A stretch of 64,000 nucleotides of DNA from Cohnella sp. (GTDB taxonomy: Bacteria > Bacillota > Bacilli > Paenibacillales > Paenibacillaceae): the NCBI RefSeq assembly GCF_041641335.1, contig NZ_JBEPYQ010000023.1, positions 6,816 through 70,815 of the forward strand. The letters are read 5' to 3'. Shown one piece after another: positions 28,149-35,870 of this stretch; the first letter of the stretch is position 1, and each line of letters opens with the position of its first letter. Under the pieces are notes generated by a model. It ran no database searches. It saw only the letters and a list, made by a program, of their open reading frames with translations, and had not been told where the DNA came from. A program made the translations under genes and the position numbers.

Positions 28149-28586
28149 ATGGGCGCTTCTATTCGTCCGATCGGTCCTCCGCGATTCGCGGTTGCCGTTC
28201 ATATTTTGGTCGGGCTGGCGCGCAGCGGCTGCAATCTGTCGAGCACGACGATCGCGGATCAAGTCCATTCCCATGCTACGTTCATGCGCAGAATTTTGGC
28301 GCGGCTGGCGCATGCCGGACTGGTCGAAGCGCGGGAGGGCCGGGACGGAGGATACAGCCTGAAGCTGCCGCCGGAGCAGATTACGCTTGCGGACGTCTTC
28401 GCTGCGATCCGCTGGGAAGGGACTGAGGAGGCGGGCGGCGACGGCTGCGGCAAGGAGGAAGGCTCGCCGTGCGGCGAAGTCGACTGGAACGAACGGCTCG
28501 ACTTGGCGTTGATCGAGATCATGAGCGCGATGGATCGTCAAATGCTGGACTACTTGCGCCGGCACACGATTGCGAGTCTGATCTGA
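28149..28586 (+). CDS. Rrf2-family transcriptional regulator
   Basis: ...RFAVAVHILVGLAR...STTIADQVHSHATFMRRILARLAHAGLVEAREGRDGGYSL... AGGAGG lies 8 nt upstream of ATG 28149. Confidence 0.85.
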   Translation: MGASIRPIGPPRFAVAVHILVGLARSGCNLSSTTIADQVHSHATFMRRILARLAHAGLVEAREGRDGGYSLKLPPEQITLADVFAAIRWEGTEEAGGDGCGKEEGSPCGEVDWNERLDLALIEIMSAMDRQMLDYLRRHTIASLI

Positions 28587-28721
28587 CAAAGGATTGACAT
28601 CGGCGAAGTGCCGTTATAATATGTGCTTAGGATGGGTGCAGTTGACGATACGGTTGGCTGCGCCTTATTTTGATCATAACTGTGCCTAAGTCGGGCTCAG
28701 TATTATTGGGAGGATGTCAAG

Positions 28722-29093
28722 ATGGATATTGCGGCAATCGTACTGCAGTCTTTGTTGGCGCTCGCCTTTGTCGGAGCGGGCATTTCCAAGCTGGCGGGAG
28801 TAAAGGCGCATGTCGACAACTTTAACCACTGGGGGCTGCCGCAGTGGTTCAGAATCGTGACCGGACTGGTCGAGGTCGTCGGAGCGGCGGCGCTGGTCGT
28901 CGGATTCTGGGACCCGAGCTGGGCGGCCGCGGGAGCGCTGTGGCTGGGCGTCACGATGCTCGTGGCCATTCTCGTCCACGTTCGGGTCAAGGATTCGCTG
29001 AAGCTTACGTTCCCGTCGATTGTCCTGTTCGTGCTGCCTGTCGCGCTGTTGATCATCGAGTGGGACGCCTTGGCCGATTTCCCGGGATTCTAA
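28722..29093 (+). CDS. DoxX-family membrane protein
   Basis: 123 aa with 4 TM segments. ...GISKLAG...HWGLPQWFRIVTGLVEVVGAAALV... Confidence 0.8.
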   Translation: MDIAAIVLQSLLALAFVGAGISKLAGVKAHVDNFNHWGLPQWFRIVTGLVEVVGAAALVVGFWDPSWAAAGALWLGVTMLVAILVHVRVKDSLKLTFPSIVLFVLPVALLIIEWDALADFPGF

Positions 29094-29107
29094 GCGTGGG
29101 GCGGTAG

Positions 29108-29328
29108 GGGCTGTCTCATAAGTAAGGGCGTACAAGATTATCGATGAAAAAAGAAGGGCATCTATCTTCATTTCAGGATCGGAGTTCGGGGGCCCCGCAA
29201 AATAATCGGAATAAGCTTCGAAGCTTAACGTCACTTTGTGGGGGATCTTGCATCGGAAGGAGATAGATGCACTTGGCACCATTCATCGATAATCGTGCAG
29301 TACGACTTTCCAACTTATGAGACAGCCC
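29108..29328. repeat. Nested-palindrome MITE-like element, copy 3 (lacks the GGAGACTGCCTCATAC...CCTGAAAT module)
   Basis: 15-bp perfect TIR GGCTGTCTCATAAGT...ACTTATGAGACAGCC. Inner arms GATTATCGATGAA/TTCATCGATAATC and GGCATCTATCT/GGAGATAGATGC. Confidence 0.75.
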
Positions 29329-29360
29329 TCCTTCCTGTTAGCTCAAGTCGAAAAAAAAGC

Positions 29361-29753
29361 ACAACTGACCAATTCGCATACATAAACCGACCTGCGAAAC
29401 ACCTGATGGAGAGGCATTTGCAAGGAGAACGGAGGGCGATGTTCTAAAGAATCGGTTATTGTCTCCCAAATGGTGCTCAAACGGAGGGCGATGTTCTAAA
29501 GAATCGGTTATCGACTCTCGAATGGTACTCAAACGGAGGGCGATGTTCTAAAGAATCGGTTATTGTCTCCCAAATGGTGCTCAAACGGAGGGCGATGTTC
29601 TAAAGAATCGGTTATCGTCTCCCCAAACGCGCACAAACGAAGATTGTTGCTCGAAAGAATCGCACATTGGCACATGGGGGAGTCCATGACGAATAGCCTT
29701 TTTACGCCAAAAAAGCCTTGCGGAGTTGATGGGAGTCAGTTGGTCAGTCGTAG
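29361..29753. repeat. 52-bp-array cassette, copy 2 (4 full units plus 1 degenerate unit)
   Basis: Units start at 29428, 29480, 29532, 29584 and 29636 (degenerate). The arms match copy 1. Flanked by A8 (29351-29358) and A5 (29754-29758). Confidence 0.8.
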
Positions 29754-29764
29754 AAAAATAGCCA

Positions 29765-29804
29765 TTGACATTCCCGAGCAATTGTAATATCTTAAAATCA
29801 AGAT
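29765..29804 (+). promoter_or_regulatory. marR promoter with an overlapping inverted-repeat operator
   Basis: TTGACA (29765-29770), 17 nt, TATCTT. TATCTT-AAAATC-AAGATA (29788-29805 region) forms a 6+6 inverted repeat. Confidence 0.5.
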
Positions 29805-29854
29805 AAACGAAATTGAGATAATACAATCAGTCGAAAGGAAGGCAGGTGCGAACG

Positions 29855-30301
29855 ATGGCGGACAATGGGCGCGATGCGTCGCTCGATCTCTATATCGCTC
29901 TAAGCCGGGCCAGCCAATGGGTGAACGCGCACGTCGATCAAGACATCAAGCGCTCCGGGCTGAACAGGACCGAGTTCGGGGTTCTCGAGCTGCTGTACCA
30001 TAAAGGCTCGCAGCCTCTACAGCAAATCGGCGGCAAGGTGCTCATGAGCAGCGGCAACATCACTTACGTTGTGGATAAGCTCGAGCAGAAAGGGCTCGTC
30101 CAGCGAAGGGCCTGCACGGAAGACCGGCGACTCGTGTACGCGGATATTACGGATTCCGGACGGCAGCTGATCGAGGACGTGTTCCCGCGGCACAGGGAAG
30201 TGATTCATCAAGCGTTGGGTGGCCTGGACGAAGACGAGAAGAAGGCGGTTAGCGCGCTGCTCAAGAAGCTGGGGAAAGCGGCCGAAGAGGGATTCAAGTA
30301 G
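29855..30301 (+). CDS. MarR-family transcriptional regulator (MhqR-like by context)
   Basis: ...LNRTEFGVLELLYHKGSQPLQQIGGKVLMSSGNITYVVDKLEQKGLVQRRACTEDRR... Confidence 0.85.
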   Translation: MADNGRDASLDLYIALSRASQWVNAHVDQDIKRSGLNRTEFGVLELLYHKGSQPLQQIGGKVLMSSGNITYVVDKLEQKGLVQRRACTEDRRLVYADITDSGRQLIEDVFPRHREVIHQALGGLDEDEKKAVSALLKKLGKAAEEGFK

Positions 30302-30371
30302 GGCGCGTGTAACGTGAGCTCTGCAAGACATCTGGAAGCGAACAGGCTCTTGGATCCCGTTTTCAGGTCAT

Positions 30372-30396
30372 ATATCTTAAAATAAAGAATCTTAAA
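30372..30396 (+). promoter_or_regulatory. Second copy of the ATATCTTAAAAT(A/C)AAGA motif, upstream of the nitroreductase gene
   Basis: ATATCTTAAAATAAAGAATCTTAAA, which shares ATATCTTAAAAT.AAGA with 29787-29803. Confidence 0.4.
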
Positions 30397-30423
30397 TTTG
30401 ACATAGAGAGGCTGGATGGACAG

Positions 30424-31050
30424 ATGAGCGACTTCGAAACTTTGGTGAAAAATCGCAGATCGGCAATGAAATTCGTGAAGGACGTGGAGATAACGGAACG
30501 CGAGTTGAGCGAAATGTTCAGTCTGACCAAATTCGCGCCGTCGGCTTTTAATCTTCAGCACGCGCATTATATCGTCGTGAAAAATCCGGAGATCAAGAAC
30601 AAGCTGTACGAAGCGGCGAACAAGCAGTACAAAGTTCTGACCTCCTCCGCCGTCATTCTCGTATTGGGCAATACTAATGCCTACCGCGATGTCGGCCCTA
30701 TTCACGAAGGGTTGCTGAACCTGGGCGTTATGAGCAAGCAGGAATACGACATGACCGTCGAGTCGGTGCTGATCTTCTATGAGGAGCGGGGGGAACCGTT
30801 CCAGCGCGAGGAAGCCATCCGCAACGCAAGCCTGTCGGCGATGCTGTTCATGCTGATCGCCAAGGACAAGGGCTGGGACACGTGTCCGATGATCGGCTTC
30901 GATCCTGTCGAAGTCGGAAGAATCTTGAACATCCCCGAATCTTACGTGCCGGCGATGATGATTGCGATCGGCCAAGAGGATACGTCAAGCCAACGGCCGC
31001 GCGGCTATCGCAAGCCGGTGGGCGAGTTCGTGAGCTACGATACTTTTTGA
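30424..31050 (+). CDS. NAD(P)H nitroreductase family protein (MhqN-like)
   Basis: MSDFETLVKNRRSAMKF...APSAFNLQHAHYIVV... Confidence 0.85.
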   Translation: MSDFETLVKNRRSAMKFVKDVEITERELSEMFSLTKFAPSAFNLQHAHYIVVKNPEIKNKLYEAANKQYKVLTSSAVILVLGNTNAYRDVGPIHEGLLNLGVMSKQEYDMTVESVLIFYEERGEPFQREEAIRNASLSAMLFMLIAKDKGWDTCPMIGFDPVEVGRILNIPESYVPAMMIAIGQEDTSSQRPRGYRKPVGEFVSYDTF

Positions 31051-31078
31051 ATTCATCCCTATTAAGGAGAGGATACAG

Positions 31079-32029
31079 ATGACGCAACGCACTTCAGGCA
31101 TTCACCATGTTACGGCTTTCGTGAGACATGCGCAGGCTACCGTCGATTTCTATTCGGGAGTACTCGGACTGAGACTGGTTAAAAAGACGATCAACTTCGA
31201 CGCGCCCGAAGTTTACCACCTGTATTTCGGCAATGAAGCAGGCAGTCCGGGGACGGTCATTACGTTCTTTCCTTGGCCGACGTCCCGCAAGGGCCGCATC
31301 GGGGGAGGGCAGGTCGGCATCACTTCTTACGTTGTGCCGGCGGGGACGCTGGGTTTCTGGAAGGAGCGCTTCGAGAAATTCCGCATTCCGACGACGGAGA
31401 CGAGCCGGTTCGGAGAGCCGTTGCTGCAGCTCGATGACCCGGACGGCTTAAGAATCGAGCTGGTTGAGCGGGAGGACGGTCCGGCGAGCCGTTGGGCTTT
31501 CGGAGGAGTTTCCGCGGACAAAGCGATCAAAGGCTTCGGCGGAGCGCTGCTGCTCAGCACGGCTCCGGAGCGGACGGCGTCGGTGCTTGAGAACGTCATG
31601 GGCCTGCGCAGAATCGCCCAGGAGGGAGATTACGTCCGCTTCCAAGCGACGGGAGACTTGGGCAACATTATCGACGTGAACGTCGCCCCGGTCGCGCCCG
31701 GAGCCGGCGGAGCGGGAACGGTTCACCACATTGCCTGGAGAGCGGAGGACGACGAAGACCATGCGCGCTGGAGAAGCCTGGTGGAGGAGAGCGGCTATCA
31801 GCCGACTCCGGTTATCGATCGGCAGTACTTCAACGCGATTTACTTCCGCGAGGAAGGCGGAATATTGTTCGAGATCGCGACCGATCCTCCGGGTTTCGCG
31901 CGCGACGAACCGGCGGAGACGATGGGCGAGCAATTGATGCTGCCTGTGTGGTTCGAGCCGCACCGCGCCCAGATCGAACAAGGACTGACGCCGATCGAAG
32001 TTCGCGTACTGGAGGAGGATCTCCGATGA
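31079..32029 (+). CDS. Ring-cleaving dioxygenase, two-domain VOC/glyoxalase family (MhqO/MhqE-like)
   Basis: ...GIHHVTAFVRHAQATVDFYSGVLGLRLVKKTINFDAPEVYHLYFGNEAGSPGTVITFFPW... and a second VOC domain ...VHHIAWRAEDDEDH... Confidence 0.85.
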   Translation: MTQRTSGIHHVTAFVRHAQATVDFYSGVLGLRLVKKTINFDAPEVYHLYFGNEAGSPGTVITFFPWPTSRKGRIGGGQVGITSYVVPAGTLGFWKERFEKFRIPTTETSRFGEPLLQLDDPDGLRIELVEREDGPASRWAFGGVSADKAIKGFGGALLLSTAPERTASVLENVMGLRRIAQEGDYVRFQATGDLGNIIDVNVAPVAPGAGGAGTVHHIAWRAEDDEDHARWRSLVEESGYQPTPVIDRQYFNAIYFREEGGILFEIATDPPGFARDEPAETMGEQLMLPVWFEPHRAQIEQGLTPIEVRVLEEDLR

Positions 32030-32658
32030 TGAAGCATATTTATCGGCAAGGCTCCGATCCGGGCGCCCCGACGCTTCTGCTACTGCACGGAACGGGAGGA
32101 ACGGAGCACGACTTGCTGCCGCTGGCCGAGACGATCTCGCCGGGCTCCTCGGTTCTGAGCGTGAGGGGCAACGTGTTGGAGAACGGTATGCCGAGATTTT
32201 TCCGCAGGCTGGCCGAAGGGGTATTCGATCTGGAGGATCTCGAGTTCCGTACGAAGGAGCTTCACGGGTTTCTGGACTCGGCGGCTGCCGAATACGGCTT
32301 CGACCGCGGCAATCTGGTGGCCGTCGGTTACTCCAACGGCGCGAACATCGCAGGCAGCTTGCTTTTCTACTACGGGCAAGCGCTCAGGGGGGCTATTTTG
32401 CACCATCCGATGGTTCCGCGGCGCGATTTTCGGCTTCCGAATCTCTCGGGCGTTCCGATCTTCATCGGCGCGGGGGAGAACGATCCGATCTGCACGCCGC
32501 AGGAAACGGAGGAGCTGCAATCGCTGCTGACGGGAGCCGGAGCGAACGTCGCGCTGCATTGGGAGCGGTTCGGCCATCGGCTGACATCGACCGAGGCCGC
32601 TGCAGCGACCGAATGGTTCTCCCGGACGTTCGCAGCGGGGGGAGGCGAACGCGCATGA
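32026..32658 (+). CDS. Phospholipase/carboxylesterase-family alpha/beta hydrolase (MhqD-like)
   Basis: ...LLLLHGTGGTEHDLLPLA...VAVGYSNGANIA... (nucleophile elbow GYSNG). ATGA overlap with the upstream gene. Confidence 0.85.
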   Translation: MMKHIYRQGSDPGAPTLLLLHGTGGTEHDLLPLAETISPGSSVLSVRGNVLENGMPRFFRRLAEGVFDLEDLEFRTKELHGFLDSAAAEYGFDRGNLVAVGYSNGANIAGSLLFYYGQALRGAILHHPMVPRRDFRLPNLSGVPIFIGAGENDPICTPQETEELQSLLTGAGANVALHWERFGHRLTSTEAAAATEWFSRTFAAGGGERA

Positions 32659-33266
32659 TCGGGCTGGATCCAGCCGACCTGAGCGAGAGGGACAGCTACA
32701 AGCTGCTGATCGGCAGCGTCATCCCAAGACCGATCGCGTTCGTCACGACGCTCTCGAAATCGGGCGTCCTGAATGCCGCTCCCTACAGCTACTTCAACAT
32801 CGTGACCGCCAACCCGCCGATGGTGTCGATCTCCGCGCAGCGAAGGGACGGGGAGCGCAAGGATACGGCCAGGAACGCGATCGAGACGGGACAATTCGTC
32901 GTTCATGTCGCGGACGAATCCTACATCGGGAAGATCAACGAGACCGCCGCGGGCGTTCCTTCCGAGCAGAGCGAGGTCGAGCTCGCCGGGCTTACGCCGG
33001 TCCCCAGCGCGAAGGTTGCCGTTCCGGGCGTCGCCGAGGCGAAAATCCGGCTCGAATGCGTGCTGGAGCAAGCGATTCCGCTCGGCGGAGATAAGACGTC
33101 GCGGGCTTGCGATCTGCTGATCGGGAGAGTCGTATACTTCCATCTGGACGAAGCGGTGTACGCGGACGGGCATATCGATCCCGCGGCGCTGAAGGCGGTA
33201 AGCCGCCTGGCGGGCAGCTCGTATTCCAAGCTGGGAGATTTATTTTCCATAGACAGACCTTCCTGA
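32655..33266 (+). CDS. Flavin reductase family protein
   Basis: ...YKLLIGSVIPRPIAFVTTLSKSGVLNAAPYSYFN... ATGA overlap with the upstream gene. Confidence 0.85.
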   Translation: MIGLDPADLSERDSYKLLIGSVIPRPIAFVTTLSKSGVLNAAPYSYFNIVTANPPMVSISAQRRDGERKDTARNAIETGQFVVHVADESYIGKINETAAGVPSEQSEVELAGLTPVPSAKVAVPGVAEAKIRLECVLEQAIPLGGDKTSRACDLLIGRVVYFHLDEAVYADGHIDPAALKAVSRLAGSSYSKLGDLFSIDRPS

Positions 33267-33282
33267 AGGGGAGGGATGAGCA

Positions 33283-33312
33283 GGCAGCGGGCGACCGCTG
33301 TCTGTGTTTTTT
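33283..33312 (+). terminator. Rho-independent terminator of the marR-to-flavin-reductase operon
   Basis: GGCAGCGG-gcga-CCGCTGTC followed by TGTGTTTTTT. Confidence 0.7.
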
Positions 33313-33399
33313 GTAGGAAGAAACGCGGTTTCCGGGCGATCTTTTGGGGCAGGTTATTATGGTGCATCGCAACTTCACCGCAATCCGAAGGAGAGATTC

Positions 33400-34638
33400 A
33401 TGAACACGCGCCCACAGCATCGAGACGGACGATTGGACGGTCAGACGATCCTCTTGCTCGCGGTTAACGGACTGTTCGTCATGGCGACCGCTCTATCCGG
33501 CACTTATTTCGGAGTCTATATCTGGAAAGCCAGCAACGACTATTTCAAGCTGGGATGGTTTACGCTCATTACCCATCTGTGCATGGGGATTACGTTCTGG
33601 ATCGCCGGCAACGCGGCCAAAGAAAGGAACAAGATGATCCTTCTGAGGCTGGGCATTGCGATCTCCGCCGGTTTCTACGCGCTAGTGCTTCTCTTGAAAG
33701 GGAACGCCATCAACTACATATGGCTGCTAGGTCTTGTTCAAGGAGTCGCGACGGGCTTGTTCTGGCTCGCGTACAACGTCGTCTACTTCGAAGCGACGGA
33801 GCCCGACAATCGAGACAAGTTCAACGGCTGGGCGGGAACGATCGCCTCGTCGATCGGAATCGTCGTGCCGTGGACTTCGGGATGGCTGATCTCCCTGCTC
33901 GGCGGCGACAACGGCTACCGCGCGATCTTCATCTCTTCGGCTTGCGTGTTCGTGGCGGCGATCGCGACGAGCTTCTTCATTCGCAACCGCAAAACCTCGG
34001 GCAGCTACCATTGGCGTTGGCCATACAAGCTATTGAAGGAACGCGGCTCTGAATGGCCTACCGCGCTGGGAGCGCTAGCTTCGCAGGGAGTACGGGAGAG
34101 TGTGTTCGGGGTCCTCATCGGCGTGCTGATCTACGTTCAGACCGGCAGCGAGATGAAGCTGGGCAACTTTATGCTGCTGACTTCGGCGGTCGGGTTCGCG
34201 AGTTTCCTGGCTACGGGAAAGTGGCTTAAGCCCAAATGGAGATACTGGGGGATGCTGACGGGCGCCGTTGCGCTGATCGCCGTCATTCTGCCGATGTTCG
34301 CAGGATTCAGCTATGGAACGCTGCTTGCTTTCGGATTGGGAGCGGCGTTGTTCTTTCCGCTCTACATTCTGCCCATTACCGCGGCCGTCTTCGATCTGAT
34401 CGGGAGAGATGAGGAGAGCGTCGGGAGAAGGGTAGAATACGTCGTGGCCCGGGAATTGGCGCTGAACGTCGGCCGGATCGTCGGGATGGCGGTCTTCATG
34501 GGCGTCATCTCCTTCAGCAAGACGCCGCTGGCGATGAAGTGGCTGCTGCTGGCGGTGGGCAGTTCGCCGCTTCTAAGCTGGTTGTTCATGCGCAAGGTTC
34601 TGGCGAGGGGGAAAAGGGCTGAGTTAAGCGAGGGTTGA
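33400..34638 (+). CDS. MFS transporter
   Basis: About 412-aa polytopic ORF. GAAGGAGAG lies upstream of ATG 33400. Confidence 0.75.
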   Translation: MNTRPQHRDGRLDGQTILLLAVNGLFVMATALSGTYFGVYIWKASNDYFKLGWFTLITHLCMGITFWIAGNAAKERNKMILLRLGIAISAGFYALVLLLKGNAINYIWLLGLVQGVATGLFWLAYNVVYFEATEPDNRDKFNGWAGTIASSIGIVVPWTSGWLISLLGGDNGYRAIFISSACVFVAAIATSFFIRNRKTSGSYHWRWPYKLLKERGSEWPTALGALASQGVRESVFGVLIGVLIYVQTGSEMKLGNFMLLTSAVGFASFLATGKWLKPKWRYWGMLTGAVALIAVILPMFAGFSYGTLLAFGLGAALFFPLYILPITAAVFDLIGRDEESVGRRVEYVVARELALNVGRIVGMAVFMGVISFSKTPLAMKWLLLAVGSSPLLSWLFMRKVLARGKRAELSEG

Positions 34639-34664
34639 CATGAAACCAAAAGGTTTCATATAAT
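34635..34664 (+). promoter_or_regulatory. Sigma-A-like promoter with a perfect palindromic operator in the spacer
   Basis: TTGACA (34635-34640), TGAAACC-AAAA-GGTTTCA (34641-34658), TATAAT (34659-34664). A half-site-like AATGAAACCAAAGGG follows at about 34675. Confidence 0.6.
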
Positions 34665-34715
34665 GGGAGTGAGAAATGAAACCAAAGGGTCTCCTATAAG
34701 GAGGAGAATCGAATC

Positions 34716-35141
34716 GTGACCGATACAACTCAGGACAAGCTGCCCGATATTCGTCAGACTCAACTGCTTCATGCGCCGATCGATAAAGTATGGAAGGCCG
34801 TCGCCACGGCGGAGGGAATCTCGGTTTGGTTTATGCCGAACGACTTCCAGCCGATCGTCGGACACGATTTTCATCTCGATGCCGGTCCTTACGGCAAATC
34901 CCCGTGCAAGGTGACGGAGATCGATCCGCCGAACCGCCTCTCCTTCAACTGGGGCAAGATCTGGTTCGTAACATTCGAACTCGTCGACAAGGGCGGCCAG
35001 ACCGAATTTACGCTCATTCACGGCGGCTGGTCCGCGGAAGGCGCGACGGAGTACGGCGAGCCTCACGAAGTCGTGCGCGAGCGGATGAACGGCGGCTGGG
35101 TCGGCATCGTGGGCAAGCTGAGCGAATATGTCGGAGCCTAA
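34716..35141 (+). CDS. SRPBCC/AHSA1-domain protein
   Basis: ...LLHAPIDKVWKAVATAEGISVWFMPNDF... GTG start with GGAGGAG upstream. Confidence 0.8.
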   Translation: MTDTTQDKLPDIRQTQLLHAPIDKVWKAVATAEGISVWFMPNDFQPIVGHDFHLDAGPYGKSPCKVTEIDPPNRLSFNWGKIWFVTFELVDKGGQTEFTLIHGGWSAEGATEYGEPHEVVRERMNGGWVGIVGKLSEYVGA

Positions 35142-35466
35142 CGCGGCATCGGCGGAACGGAAGCACGACGTCTTCCAGGCGATCTCCGACCCGACCAGGA
35201 GAAGCGTACTCCGTCTGCTCGGGGATCGGGAGCTCCCGTTGAACGCGATCAGCAGCCATTTTCCGATGACCCGTCCCGCCGTCTCCAAGCATCTGCGCAT
35301 TCTCGCCGAAGCCGGTCTGGTAAAGGAGCGCAAGGTCGGTCGGGAGACGCGCTATCGGCTGGACGCCGATCCGCTTCGCGAGCTCAAGAGCTGGCTGGCT
35401 TTCTACGAACGCTTCTGGGAGAACAAGCTCGACGCGCTTAAACGTTATGTGGAGACGGACGACTGA
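35128..35466 (+). CDS. ArsR/SmtB-family transcriptional regulator
   Basis: ...VFQAISDPTRRSVLRLLGDRELPLNAISSHFPMTRPAVSKHLRILAEAGLV... Confidence 0.85.
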   Translation: MSEPNAASAERKHDVFQAISDPTRRSVLRLLGDRELPLNAISSHFPMTRPAVSKHLRILAEAGLVKERKVGRETRYRLDADPLRELKSWLAFYERFWENKLDALKRYVETDD

Positions 35467-35624
35467 TGGCCGGGGCTGAGAGGCCGCATTGGAGCGAAAT
35501 GGATCGTAAAATAATTATATAATGATTTATGTATATTGGAGGGGGAGCGGGGCGGCAGCTTGCGCTGCCACCGGAGTCCGTGGTATTCTCGGAATAACGA
35601 TTTTGGACGGGAGGTGAAGGTAGG

Positions 35625-35768
35625 ATGAATCGAGAGTTTGTGAACAATCAAGTGAGCCGGCTGCCGATCGCGATGGCTGGCATCGTTCATGGCGTGCGTG
35701 AAGACGGGAGAAGTCTGTCCAATTACGACCATACGATTGCACAACTCGCGAGAAGGTTCCTACCTTGA
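35625..35768 (+). CDS. 47-codon upstream ORF in the ABC-F leader (speculative)
   Basis: GGGAGGTGAAGG SD upstream. Sequence MNREFVNNQVSRLPIAMAGIVHGVREDGRSLSNYDHTIAQLARRFLP. Below the ORF-track cutoff. Confidence 0.3.
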   Translation: MNREFVNNQVSRLPIAMAGIVHGVREDGRSLSNYDHTIAQLARRFLP

Positions 35769-35793
35769 CCAGAGCGGATCAATTTGAATCCGA

Positions 35794-35830
35794 ACAGGGC
35801 GTAGGGAATTTTCCCTACGCCCTGTTTCTA
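35794..35830 (+). terminator. Intrinsic terminator/attenuator 40 nt upstream of the ABC-F start
   Basis: ACAGGGCGTAGGG-aatttt-CCCTACGCCCTGT followed by TTCTATAT. Confidence 0.7.
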
Positions 35831-35870
35831 TATCCAGGACGGGAACCTCCGATATTCAGGAGGAACCGAT

